DNA of 64,000 nucleotides from Octopus vulgaris. Lineage: Eukaryota. The stretch covers positions 42,346,001 through 42,410,000 of the forward strand of contig OX597818.1 of assembly GCA_951406725.2 (NCBI GenBank), read 5' to 3'. How positions within the stretch are numbered: the stretch's first letter is position 1; every line of letters begins with the position of its first letter. Positions 1-12,949 of this stretch are shown here, piece by piece. The notes below the pieces were generated by a model. The model worked only from the letters and a program-made list of their open reading frames with translations, did not search any database and had not been told where the DNA came from. The position numbers and the translations under genes were made by a program.

Positions 1-9
1 GCAGTGCAG

Positions 10-650
10 CTGTGCAATAAATAGTGCTGTAGTTACATAACAAATATTTTGAAATAAATTATTTGTAAAAGTTTGTGTGTTATTAAATGCCTAAAATGTC
101 TCTCCCCCAATGTAATTGCTTCAGTTTCAACACAGTTTCAAACCAAGTCTCTTGCTAGACAAGTATAATTCCAATATGTGAAAATTCTGTAAAATTTTTG
201 TCAACGTAAAATTGTACCTGCTATTTCTAACAGGTAAAGGAAAAACAATGAAACAATCTTTAAGAATTTTTTTTCCTTTTCCTTTTGGCTTTGAAGAAAT
301 GGAGAATAAAATATCCTGCTATTATTCACAGCATTTTTACCATTTGTAATTATCTTAGTCTTTACGTTAGATTGTAAAATTGCTTTGCAACTGTGCAATA
401 AATAGTGCTGTAGTTACATAACAAGTTTTCATTTAAGTATCACTTGTGTCTAGGGAGAAATAGTCAATGTAACTCATTACTGGAGCTTTAGTAATAGATT
501 ATTTGTAAAAATTTGTGTTATTAAATGCCTAGAATCGCTCTCCCCCAATGTAATTGCTTCAGCTTCAACACAGTTTCAAACCAAGTCTCTTGCTAGACAA
601 GTACAATTCCAATATGTGAAAATTTTGTAAACTTTTTGTCAATGTAAAAT
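10..650. repeat. Local intronic duplication
   Basis: 10-210 is repeated at 391-423 plus 498-650, with an insertion in the second copy. Confidence 0.85.
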
Positions 651-718
651 TATAAAATTATTTCCGTTTGAAATAGCAGATTTCCATATTAATATAATAC
701 CACATCCTACTATTTCAG

Positions 719-3700
719 ATAACTCATATGATTATGATATCGCTCTAATTAAAATAGAGCCAAATAGGAAGGGTAATGGAATTGTTTTCAATGATTATGT
801 ACAACCAGCCTGTTTACCAGACAAGAACACAACATATTTTGAAAGTGAAAGATGTCATATTTCTGGATGGGGAAACACAGGAAAAGGTAGTGTTATTATC
901 ATTATAATATATTTTAACATTACAGACTTATTATTTTTCAGGTTCTTGGTTAGCATTTAATAGCCTAAAACCAAACAGCAGTAGGTTTCATGGGCCACAG
1001 ACAAACTTCTTGACCAGTAGCAGATGATTTCATGCAGCTGTTTGAATGCTGCCAATTTGGCAAGACTGACTGGACATTCAGCCTGTTTTAGCACACACAG
1101 AAATATAAAAATGCAAATAGGAAGAGAGAGGGACAGAGAGAGAGAGAGAGAGAGAGAGAGAATCATTACAATTTATTAATTGAAGACAATTGACATAAGG
1201 ACTTTCCATCATCATCAAGATTTAATGTCTGCTTTTCATGCTGGCATGGGTTAGCCAGTTTGACTGAGGACTGGCAAGCCAGAAGGCTGCACCAGGCTCC
1301 AATCTGATCTGGCAAGGTTTCTACAGTTGGATGCCCTTCCTAACACCAACCACTCTGAGAGTGTAGTGGGTGTTTTTTATGAGTCACCGGCATGGGGGCC
1401 AGTCAGGCAGCACTGGCATCAACCATGCTCAAATGGTGCTTTTTATATGCCACTAGTATGGGTGCCACACAGGCAGTACTGACATTGACCACACTCGAAT
1501 GGTGCTTTTTACATGCCACTAGCATGGGTACAAATCAGGCGGCACTGGCATCAGCCACAGCTTTGATTTCACTTGATTCAACAGGTCTTCTCAAGCATAG
1601 TATATTGCCCAATGATTGAAGAGTGCTTTTAAATGGGCCGGTTATGCAACACTGGCATCAGCCATAGCTATGATTTCATTTGACTTGCTGGGTCTTCTCA
1701 ATCACAAGGGTCTCGGTCACTTGTCATTGCCTCTGTGAGGCTCAACGTTCAAAGGTCAAGCCTCACCACCTCATCCCATATCTTCCTGGGTCTGTCTCTT
1801 CCACAGGTTCCCTCAACTGCTAGAGTGTGTCACTTCTTCACACAGCTGTTCTCATCCATACACAACACATGACCATACCAGCACATTCGTCTCTCTTGCA
1901 CACCACATATGATGCTTCTTATGTTCAACTTTTCTCTCAGGGTGCTTACACTCTGTTGTGTATGCACACTGACATTACATATCCAGTGGAGTATACTAAC
2001 TTCATTTCTTTCAAAACTGTGCATGTTCTCATCAGTCACAGCCCATGTTTCACTGCCGTGTAGCATGGCTGTTTGCACACATGCATCATACAGTCTACCT
2101 TTCACTCTGAACGAAAAGTCCTTTGTTACCAGCAGAGGTAGGAGCTCTCTGAACTTTGCCCACGCTATTCTTATTCTGGCAGCTACACTCTCAGAGCACC
2201 CATGTCCACTACTGACTTGGTGACCTAGGTAATGGAAGTTATCAACTGCTTCTAGTTTTTCCCCCTGGCATGTGATGGAATCTGTTTTCTGTACATCTTT
2301 GGTGTTTATTGCCCCTGTGCATCTCCCACACACAAAAACTATCTTCCCAGTTAACTTTCCTTTGATATTGTTACACTTCTTATGTGCATATAGCTTACAC
2401 CTGGTACACCTTATGGTGTTTCTACTTACGCCTTATCTACAGATTGAGTAGGACCATCTACCTGAAAGGGTTTGTGATTTGTCTGCCTTCCTGCTTACTA
2501 AGACTTTGGTTTTTGCTGCACACACACACATAAACAGAGAAAGAAAGAGAAGGATGGGGAGGAAGAGAATGAAAGAAACATTAGAATGCAAAAAATATTC
2601 AAACATTTGATGTCAAGTTAGTCAAATAAGCAAAGTTCTAAGTTAGTAGTCTAGTCAAGCAGATAAGGACAGTGATAATTCATACTGCAGAAGTCCATGG
2701 TCGAGACTCTGGCTAGCAAAAATCAGCTGACAGTGATGTAACCACTGATGTGGGTGCTGTCTATATCAGTTTCTTCTTTGCTCTGCTCTATTGATGCAGA
2801 TGCTTATCTCAAAGGATTTGGAATGCATGGTGAAAAAAAAGATTAGTGGCTTCTTAATGACATGTATTGAAAAACCTTTATTGATCAGTTTATTGTTGAT
2901 GTCATCAGTTTGTTTAATGCATATTCCAGCACCTTGACTAGCCAGTTTAGTGCTGGCATCATCAATCTACTTTAAGGATTTCAACCACCACCTTAAGTAA
3001 CTACAAGTGAACTGACACATTGCTATAAAATAAAGAACTGTGAGCAACTGAGTAAGCAGTTCACTGTGAGCCATTGATTGAGAGCATTGAGTCTCATGTA
3101 ATAGTAGTGCATTGTGTAAATAGTAGTGTGTTGTGTAAATATTTCTTTCTCCCTGCTTCGTTAAATTATTTAGCTCACGTAAAAGAACCATCCAAACGTG
3201 GCCGTTGCCAGCGCCGCCTCCCCTGGCCTCCGTGCCGGTGGCACATAAAAAGCACCCACTACACTCACTGAGTGGTTGGCGTTAGGAAGGGCATCCAGCT
3301 GTAGAAACACTGCCAGATCAGACTGGAGCCTGGTGCAGCCTTCTGGCTTCCCAGACCCCAGTCGAACCGTCCAACCCATGCTAGCATGGAAAGCAGACGT
3401 TAAACGACGATGATGATGATGATGTACTTAGTTGTTGTTTATCGAAAATTTCATTGTTGCAAATAAAATGTTACAGAAGGAAGAGAGTGCTAGGCTAAAT
3501 GATTTTCAGTACTTAGTTTACTATGTCCTGACCTCAAATCCTTTCAGTATTAACTTTGCTTTTCACTCTTCTGGCATCAGTAAAATATTTGTCATATGCA
3601 GAGGCTGAATCAATCAGCTATACTCATTACTTTGTAAATATTGTCCTTGTGCATATATTAAATCATTTATATTTATGTTTACATTATGATTATTTTGTTG

Positions 3701-6700
3701 CGTCTTTACAAAGTATATATTTCTTATCAACAGCATATCCATCAATTCTCAAGGCAGCTACTGTTCCATTAATTGAAGCACATCTATGTAAAGCAATGTA
3801 CAAGAACAGTATTACTCCACGTATGATATGTGCAGGCTACGTGGAAGGTGGTCTTAATAGCTGCCAAGGAGATGATGGTGGTCCTCTGGTCTGTAATATA
3901 GATGGTAAGTTACACTTGGTCATTTAAAAATTTTTGTTAACCATACATATGCCTATGCATACATGTTCACTTCTGTATTCCGAGTAGATAAAGTAATGTG
4001 AGTTTTGATCACTGGTTATAAATTTGCATCTTCCAACATGTATGGTGTTTTGTTTCAAGCTATTTTATGTCACTTGTAACACTGCTCAATGTCTTCTTTT
4101 CGAGCAAACTACCTACCAAGTCCCCAAAAAGTAATTCTTGCATTCATGCTGTGGAGTTAAAACTCCACTGTTTATCCATTTCCATGGAAAGGGATCTTCT
4201 TTAAGCACATAGTGAGAAATATGTGTGAAAACAAAATGATACAATGGATATGGTACACGATTATCTACTTTATTTTCCTGTCATTTTTGTTGTTTTTATA
4301 CAGTGTAACCACAGAAACAGGTATTTTGACTTGATTAGCATTTCACCTCACTGACATATCAGGGAATACGCCGGAAAGTATCTGGCTGTTCCAGTACCTC
4401 AACCTCATAATCACCTGCAGTAATGCTGTGTTTGGGGTTTCAAAAACCTTGGTGGGAAAACACCAGTTGCCCTTGGTATGATGCATAACTGAGAGAGTGC
4501 ACAATCCATTTTACGTTTTTTTTTTTGTTTTTGTCTTTTTTTTATTGATTTCTTTTTCCTTTCTCCATTTTTTAAAAAATGTTTTGTAAATTGTTCTAAT
4601 TGACTAAATATACTAAATATAATCATGCAACCAGACTGAGAGTAGTATAACTTAATTCTAAAAAAACTTACACAAGCATAAGTACAGTATACAGGGAGTA
4701 ACAGATGTGTGCTTTACATTTACTCGTTCGGTCAAACCTTCCTGCATAAGTTATGAGGGATCAGAGTAACATCATCATCATCATCATCAATATCGTTTAA
4801 CGTCCGTTTTCCATGCTAGCATGGGTTGGACGGTTCAACTGGGGTCTGGGAAGCCAGGAAGCTGTACCAGGCTCCAGTCTGATCTGGCGGTGTTTCTACA
4901 GCTGGATGCCCTTCCTAACGCCAACCACTCCGCGAGTGTAGTGGGTGCTTTTTACGTGCCACTGGCACAGGTGCCAGGGGAGGCTGGCAACGGCCACGAT
5001 TGGTTGGTGCTTTTTATGTGCCACCGGCATGGAAGCCAGTCAAGGTAGCGCTGGCATCGGCCACGTTCGGATGGTACATTTTACGTGTCACCGGTACAGG
5101 TATCACGACTACAATTTCCATTTGCTCCCTTCTATAAAAAGTAAGTAATTTCCAACAGGCAAAGTAGCTGGTTAGAAAATCTCTATAAGAGACAAAAGAA
5201 GTACTGAGAAGTAATGTTTATCACCACTTCAATATGGCTGTTCCATAGGAATTGACATTATTACCGTTTTTAACTCCAGGAGAGTTAGAAAATCACTATA
5301 AGAGATGAAAGCCATAAAGATTCTCAGAAGTAATGTTGATCACCACTTCAATATGGCTGTTCTGTAAGAACTGACATTACTATCATTTTTAACCCCAGGA
5401 GGAGCCTCCTTCAGCTGGTTATTGAGGTAATCTGCACTTGATATATATTGTAAGCAGAGGAGTGAACCCCTATCACCTTCTAGAAGATGATGAGACCACC
5501 ATCATCATCATTTAACGTCCGCTTTCCATGCTAGCATGGGTTGGACGATTTGACCGAGGACTGGCGAACCAGATGGCTGTGCCAGGCTCCAATCTGATCT
5601 GGCAGAGTTTCTACAACTGGATACCCTTCCTAACGCCAACCACTCCAAGAGTGAAGTGGATGCTTTTACATGCCACCGACACGAGGGCCAGTCTGGCGGT
5701 ACTGGCAATGGCCACGCTCGAAATGGTGTTTTTTACGTGCCGCCTGCACAGGAGTCACTTCAGCGACACTGGCAACAACCTCACTTGAATGTTTTGTTCA
5801 CGTGCCAGTAAGGCAACGCAGACCATACAGTTAAAAATGGTAGCAACGTCGGTTCCTACAGAACAGCCATATTGAAGCGGTGATAAAAATTATTTCTCAA
5901 TATCAATACTACTTTCATCTCATAGAGACTTTCTAACTAGATACTTTGCTTGCTGCAAGATTAGTGACTGGTTGTCACTTATTTTTCTATATATGGCGAA
6001 CTGAATCAGATTACTATTACCTCTAGTGGATGGGTATCCACCACTGAGGATAAGCACAAATAGCTCAAAACCATACTGCGGTCCTGTTGTCTGCTAGAAG
6101 TTGGTCAGGATTCACTCCCCTGCTTGCAATATATATCAGGTGCAGATTGCATCAAAAACCAACTTGAGGAGGCTCCTCCTGGGGTTAAAAACGTTAAGTA
6201 ATTTTCCTTTTATTGCAAATAAGTTTTTTTTATTTTTTATGATAATGTTATTATATGGCATAGGTGCAGGAGTGACTGTGTGGTAAGTAGCTTGCTTACC
6301 AACCACATGGTTCTGGGTGGCACCTTGGGCAAGTGTCTTCTACTATAGCCTCGGGCCGACCAAAGCCTTGTGAGTGGATTTGGTTGACGGAAACTGAAAG
6401 AATCCTGTTGTATATATGTATATGTATATATATGCATGTTTGCGTGTCTGTGTTTGTCCCCACAACATCGCTTGACAACCGATGCTGGTGTGTTTACATC
6501 CCCGTAACTTAGCGGTTCAGCAAAAGAGCCTGATAGAATAAGTACTAGGCTTACAAAGAATAAGTCCTGGGGTCGATTTGCTCGACTAAAGGCGGTGCTC
6601 CAGCATGGCTGCAGTCAAATGACTGAAACAAGTAAAAGAGTAAAAGAGTATATGCCTGAGAAAGACGGCAGACTGGCAGAACCATTAGCATGTCAGACAA

Positions 6701-8080
6701 AATGCTTAACAGCATACCTTCTGGCTCTTTACATTCTAAGTTTAAATGTGGCCAGGGTCAATAAAATAAGTACTAGTTGAGCATGGATCAATGTTTCTCT
6801 GAATTGAAAAGAAGAGATACTACTTTTAAGACTATTACAGTAATCTTATAGAAATATAGAAATCGATATCATGGCTGGCAATTTTAAAAATCAAAAAATC
6901 AAAAAATCAAAAAATCAAAACAAATCAAAATAGATGAACATCAATGGAATTTGTATCTTTGTGGTACCAGTGCCGGTGGCACACAAGAAAACCATCCGAA
7001 CGTGGCCGTAGCCAGTACCGCATCGACTGGCCTCCGTGCTGTGGGCACGTAACAAACACCATCTGATCGTGGCCGTTCGCCAGCCTCATCTGGCACCTGT
7101 GTCGGTGGCACATAAAAACACCATCCGAGCGTGGCCGTCTGCCAGCCTCGTCTGGCACCTGTGTCGGTGGCACATAAAATCACCCACTACACTCTCGGAG
7201 TGGTTGGCGTTAGGAAGAGCATCCAGCTGTAGAAACACTGCCAGATCTGACTGGCCTGGTGCAGCCTTCGGGCTCCCCAGACCCCAGTTGAACCGTCCAA
7301 CCCATGCTAGCATGGAAAGGGGACGTTAAATGATGATGATGATGATGATGATTTTAGACAAAACCAAAATGGCTTTGATTATGATTAGATCAAAGCTCCA
7401 GGAGTTCTTTAGTGCAAATGACCTAACCATTTGCAATACAAACTTCAGGAAAGCAGCCAACAAGCCCCCTGGTAACCTACCAATCAAGCTAACACAAAAG
7501 CCATATTGTATTCTCACCAATAACCAAGACAGGAAGATGGCTATAAAAGTAGTCCTCCCAGATAAATAATATATTGTCCAACATAAATTAGTAATTAGTG
7601 ACTAAAGAGTAAAAGCTAGATGGACACTGAGGCAAAATACAATTTGGGGGAGGACAACGTGGAAGCTGAAATTTGGATATCAAAACTGATTTCTAACCGA
7701 TCTGTTTGAGATAGTAATATTTAGGTAATCTAGGGCAGAAAACTAGCAGAATTGTTAGCATTAGGGGCAAAATGCTTAGTGGCATTTTGTCCAGATTTAC
7801 ATTCTGAGTTGAGATTTTGCCAAGGGTAACTTTACCACTTATCTTTCCAGGGTCAATGAAATTAGTACCCACTCCCCCAAAATTTGAAACCAATATTTAT
7901 ATAATCTATTCCCTCATTTTAATATTTTTTTAATTCTTAATTCTTTTCACAGGAGTCTATACACTTACTGGAGTAACCTCTTGGGGAAATGGTTGTGGCC
8001 ATCCAAGAAATCCTGGGGTTTATACCAATGTCCTAGAACTCCAACCTTGGATTGAGTACATAATGAAAAAATATTCTTGA
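719..8080 (+). CDS. Trypsin-like (S1A) serine protease homolog, neurotrypsin-like, 3' part only; catalytic Ser replaced by Asp
   Basis: Three exons with GT-AG sites and matching phase-1 introns. 719-886: [36 protein letters not shown]. 3734-3904: [40 protein letters not shown]. 7953-8080: [43 protein letters not shown] signals follow. The His57-containing exons lie upstream of the window, and the first acceptor could lie slightly upstream of 719. Confidence 0.9.
1700..2517 (-). mobile_element. RTE-clade LINE 3' fragment with PHD-like insertion
   Basis: [65 protein letters not shown], with internal stops. Confidence 0.85.
5150..6203. mobile_element. Older retrozyme-like inverted pair, interrupted by a SINE
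   Basis: 5830-6203 is a permuted monomer of about 354 nt (gttaaaaa at 5830 and 6184) with a decayed hammerhead CTGAGGA..aAAA..cc/gg-TC at 6044-6083. 5150-5490 holds inverted partial copies. Shares motifs with the 31321 element. Confidence 0.6.
6258..6650 (+). mobile_element. tRNA-derived SINE with CORE-like segment
   Basis: ggagtggctgtgtggtaag..ccttgggcaagtgtcttc..(gtaaaaga)n tail. Further copies at 12463-12710(+), 12950-13336(-), 27255-27670(+) and 53210-53600(-). Confidence 0.8.
6890..7350 (+). mobile_element. (GAT)n-tailed SINE-like copy
   Basis: Same family as 43520-44111, with four internal repeats. Confidence 0.8.
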
Positions 8081-9009
8081 GAACACAAATAAATGCTAAC
8101 AATTGTAACTATTCAGCTACTAACTACACAGCAATGTCTTGTAAACAAGGTAACCTCCTCATAAAATCGAAAATGAACAAAGAGAATAAAACAATAGCTT
8201 CATTGATTTCACCAAGCCATAACTGGAAAATGTTTTTAGAAATGCCATGAAAAATAATCAAAAGAGAAAACTGATATTTGTAAAAAGAAAAATTTAATAA
8301 AATTCAGTCAAAAATAATGTTCACAGTATTCTTTGATATCTCCATTTCAGCTGTACATGTTTTCTTAATTTATGTACTGTTTTATACAAGGGTCATATGG
8401 CAATAAAACTGTTGAATTAGCTGGTGTGTGTGGTGTGTGTGCGTGTGTGTGTGTGTGCGTGTATGTGTGTGTGTGTGTGTGTGTTTGCATGTATACACCC
8501 ACATGTGTATGCATGTCTATGTGTGCAAGTTAGATACTCATATGGATGTACATATACACATAGAGAGAAAGAGAGAGAGGTTGGGAGGGAAGGAGAGAAA
8601 TACAGAAGACCATAAAAGAGTCTTATGGTCTTCCATACTTTTTCAGAATCAAAATATGGTTACAATTTTGTTTTTCTCAAGAGAATTGCAAAAATATGTA
8701 AATCTTGTGGTAGATTCAAGCAACAATGAAATTGCCATAATAATCAGATTCACAAAATAAATACAAATGTGACAAAGAGATAAATATAACACAGAAATGG
8801 TAGGGAATGTGTGGTAGGAAGAGTAATGGACAAATAGTTATAATATTAAATTGCCAACTCTTAGTTTGTAGGTTCAAATCTATTGCAGATATAGTGTTGC
8901 GTTTTAAAACAAGAAACTTTAATCCACATTTATCAATTTACCTAAAGTATATCTGCTAAAATGTGAAATTGAGGGAAATATTTAGCAGAAAAAAAAAGAA
9001 TGCAACATA

Positions 9010-9350
9010 TGGGAGGGCTCTATAATCATTTCATCTTTAAATCATCTAGACAAGATGACAACCATAATACAGGTAGGTCAAACAGGGCCTTTGAAATGTA
9101 GCAATGAATGGAAAGTGCTTGTGAAGTTAAAAGCATATATAAATGGAACCAATCAGTGCAGATTTTGTCTAAGAGGATACAAATTCTACCAAACCCCAAA
9201 GATCTTAATACCTGCCTTAACTCCAGAATTGAAGTTTTACAAATTGTCCTCACACATACAAGTACTTACTAGCCAAAAGGGAAACCATATCTCCTGATTG
9301 CAAACCACTTTCAGGATCCAACTTACTGTGAAGGATATCTTCTCGTACAT
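9010..9350 (+). mobile_element. Penelope-like element 3' remnant (GIY-YIG endonuclease C-terminus)
   Basis: WKVLVKLKAYINGTNQCRFCL and, after frameshifts, LNSRIEV/TNCPHTYKYLL. Resembles the W.I..Y..C.LCL.EK..LN.R.E..C.H..K.LL end of PLE ORFs. Confidence 0.6.
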
Positions 9351-9718
9351 TCTCTTCTTTCTTTTCAACAAAGAATAACTGGACAAAGACCAATAAGCTA
9401 AACAAAAGTACTTTCTGGTATATTGCTTAAAGTAGTTCAGATGAAGTTAGCCATTTTGATTATTGTACAATCAATGAAAATAAGTTTCGTACAATTTACT
9501 GAAATCATTTAAAAATCCTTGAGTGTAGTACCCCAGTGTTGTAGCTGTAGTACAAAGATGGAAATTAGTGAATGAATAAAAAAAAATATACATACATCCA
9601 AGAGAAATAAAGTTTTCTTTTTTTTTTTGTGTGTGTACAGAAGAGTAAATTAAAATATTAAGATAATTCAGAAATAATTAGTTAGAAGTAATGTAGGTAT
9701 CATTTCTTAACTTATTTA

Positions 9719-9840
9719 TATACAGGTGTAAAAGGTCTGGATTTTCCTGAGGAAATAAAATACTGCTTAAATCTTTATGTCTTTGTTGAGCAGTAATTTC
9801 ATTTCCTTGGGAAAATTCCAAGACCTTTTATACTTGTATA
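9719..9840. mobile_element. Tiny Tc1/mariner-like MITE
   Basis: TA-flanked palindrome tacaggtgtaaaaggtct..agaccttttatacttgta with arms of about 50 bp. Confidence 0.6.
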
Positions 9841-9896
9841 TAAATAAACTAATAAAACAATCTCATCATTTCTGAAAGGTCTTCTTTAATTAATTA

Positions 9897-9947
<51 letters not shown>

Positions 9948-9989
9948 CAAGTCAAGCTAATTCCCCATGAAAATAATAATAGTGTACTG

Positions 9990-10350
9990 CACTGACTTGG
10001 AAGAATGGCTGGCATGAACATCACCAAATGCCTGGATGTTGTTTGGAAAGTGGTATATCATCTAACCAAAGCTGGTTGTAGTGGAATACCACGAAGTAGT
10101 TTGAGGCAATGATAATTGCTGCTGGTTGTGAACCATCATAAAACAAATTCCATTATGAAAGGTAAGCAAGCCACAGTTGAAAAATCGAGTCACTGGATTT
10201 GGCTAAAAAGAGATGATGGGATGTGGCTAGGAAAAAAAAATTGGGTCAAAATTGATAACCAGTTGATCTAGCAAGTGAGTCCTCACATCTGGCAGTGGAG
10301 CCAGTGCACAATAAAGCCACCAAGAGGAAGGCCCCAAAATGGTATGCTTT
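9990..10350 (+). mobile_element. Decayed 3' end of a non-LTR element with restriction-like endonuclease (HERO/NeSL-like)
   Basis: KAGCSGIPRSSLRQ..ATVEKSSHWIWLKRDDGMW resembles EVGCRGF..S..AAE.AS.WLW.KR..W. Confidence 0.4.
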
Positions 10351-11600
10351 CTCTCCAGGTGATCCTTTCAGCACCTCGTGTCCAGTACAAGGAGATTCTT
10401 CACTGGGTGCACTTGCATCTGCAAATTGTTCACTAATAAACTATGTGTGTGTATGTGTGTATACACACACACACACACACATACATAGATACACACACAC
10501 ACACATACTAGCAATGCACCCTGGTGTTGCCTGGATGTTATGACCAACAGCCACATTGTGTTATTTGTTCCTTTCTTATAGCCAGAATCAGCACACGAGG
10601 AGTATGAAGCAAACAACTCTTCTGTATAAGCATGGTTTTTGGTAGTTTTCTGATGAACAACGCTGCAGTTTCAATCCACCAAATTCAGTCACAAGTCTGT
10701 GATTGGCCAAGGGCTATAGAAGAAAATGCTTGCCCACGGTACCATGATGGTATATCTTTGAAGTTTCATTCCCTGGTAAAACTCAATGTATTTTAAGCAT
10801 TTTTCTCATTATACTCTATGTAAGACATAAAGGTTGTTCAGGCAGAGTTGCCTCCTATAGCTAAAGACCTCAAAATTGTGCAACCTGACCTCGTTTTCGA
10901 AGTTATTTTTGTAGAAAAAAAAGTTGTTGTGCAAAACTATATTCTTTTTGGTAGCTCAAAGATTACTGAATCTTTTGATACCTCATATGTCAAAATTGGC
11001 AACTCAGTTTTCAAATCCATAAGGAGCATACGCACACACAAACTCTGTTCTATATATCAAGTTGTATGTATGTATATATATATATATATACATGCATGTA
11101 TTTATATATATTAAAGTGTGTGTTTGTATTATTGTGAATGTGAACATAATTTGCTTGTTTGTGTAAATATTTATTGTTCATGAGGATGTTGAAAAGTCGA
11201 GTGTTTTGTCTGCATGGAAAGAGAGAATATCAATGCCAATTTTTCATATTAAATATTAATTAAGGTTCTAGTCATAACATGTTTCAGTTTGCTACAATAA
11301 ATTGCTAGGTGAGACTTGTTATCAGGCCTGTCTTAGTTAGAGATAACATTAGCTATTTATATTACAACCTGATCCTGTCAGCTGAAACCATGGGCACACA
11401 AGCATGTACACATACACACACACTCACACACACACACACATTTACACATGCACACACACATGTGCATGCACACACGCACACACACACACACATTTACACA
11501 TGCACACACTCACACATTTACACATGCACACACACACACATTACATTATATTATATACACAGTTTCCTTAAGTAATTTATCATTTTAAAGATTTTTAATG

Positions 11601-11602
<2 letters not shown>

Positions 11603-11691
<89 letters not shown>
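11603..11691. repeat. (GT)n microsatellite
   Basis: About 44 perfect GT units. Confidence 0.95.
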
Positions 11692-11692
<1 letters not shown>

Positions 11693-11905
11693 ATGCGTAT
11701 CATGGTATTTTGCATGCTTTGTATTTTCTTGAGGTTTGTAAGGCTACTCTTCCAGGATTCCCAGTTCCCAAATTCCCAGCCTACAAATTGTTGGGTTTCC
11801 CTATTGCCTTTCGTGTTTCTTATTTTTGCATATGTTTCATCTCATTTCAATGTTTGCTGAACACAAGTACAGCACCAAATATATGTTTGCTTTAATAATT
11901 TACAG

Positions 11906-12313
11906 AAACCTCACACTAAGAAAAAACCTGTTTCAAAAGACAAAAGAACTAATTGCAGAAGCAAGGCTACCAATAATGAAGCAGAATCAGAAAAAAATCC
12001 AATGCCAGAAGGAGAAGACAATAGGAAAACAGTTGAGAAAGGAAATGAATTAAAACGTTCTCGGGAGAATACTAAAATAAATGAGAATACTGGAGTACAA
12101 GAAGATACTAAAGTACAAGACAAAACTGAAGTACAAGAGAATACAAAAGTACAAGGGAATACTAATGTACAAGTGGAAACTGAAGTACGAGATTCTGAAG
12201 GACAAGAAGACACCGAAGAAGAAGAAGATAATACTAGAGAACAAGATAATACTGAAGAAGAAGATAATGCTGAGAAACAAGATAATACTGAAGAACCAGA
12301 AAATACTAAATAA
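11906..12313 (+). CDS. Putative terminal exon of an orphan protein with basic then acidic 6-aa repeats
   Basis: Acceptor tttacag at 11905. Open frame KPHTKKKPVSKDKR...MPEGED...(ENTKVQ-like)x7...(DNTEEE-like)x5, stop at 12313, AATAAA at 12345. No upstream exon identified. Confidence 0.45.
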   Translation, partial: KPHTKKKPVSKDKRTNCRSKATNNEAESEKNPMPEGEDNRKTVEKGNELKRSRENTKINENTGVQEDTKVQDKTEVQENTKVQGNTNVQVETEVRDSEGQEDTEEEEDNTREQDNTEEEDNAEKQDNTEEPENTK

Positions 12314-12949
12314 ACTATAAAGAATGTTGAGAAAAATAATGATTAATAAAAATGTTCAATAATTTCCCTCAAAATCCTCTGGTTAAATATATGTGACATA
12401 TGAAAATATTATTAAATTCTTTGACGTATTTTGTTTAATAAATAAAAATTTTATTTCAATAATGGCGCAGGAGTGGCTGTGTGGTAAGTAGCTTGCTAAC
12501 CAACCACATGGTTCCGGGTTCAGTCCCACTGCGTGGCACCTTGGGCAAGTGTCTTCTGCTATAGCCCCGGGCCGACCAATGCCTTGTGAGTGGATTTGGT
12601 AGACAGAAACTGAAAGAAGCCTGTCGTATATATGTATATATATATGTCTGTGTTTGTCCCCCTAGCATTGCTTGACAACCGATGCTGGTGTGTTTACGTC
12701 CCCGTAACTTATGCAAGTAAAAATTTCCTAGAAAACTATTTCTTAGTAAACTCTCTTTCTCTCCCACTCTTATTCCAAAAGCAACTGTGGGTGGCAGTAC
12801 CAACAGTCACCAGACAAATTCCCTGTGAATTTCTGAAGTTTTTGAGTAATTTTTACCACTTTCTTTTTTCTTGGTAATATAGAAGACATTTTAGTTTCTT
12901 TTTTGAAACATTTCAAGGAAGAAATTCATATACACTAATGGGACCTTTC

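Noticed and set aside
3874-3876. Rescue of the protease active site by A-to-I editing
   Set aside because: Editing GAT gives GGT (Gly), not Ser. Only the Asn189 codon AAT could be edited to Asp.
6965-7190. Regularly spaced repeats resembling a CRISPR array
   Set aside because: The spacers resemble each other, the array sits within a high-copy eukaryotic SINE, and there are no cas genes.
11309-11895. Cys/Val- and His/Thr-rich ORFs (also near 8.4, 16.7, 29.9 and 50 kb)
   Set aside because: Translations of (GT)n, (CA)n and (TA)n microsatellites.
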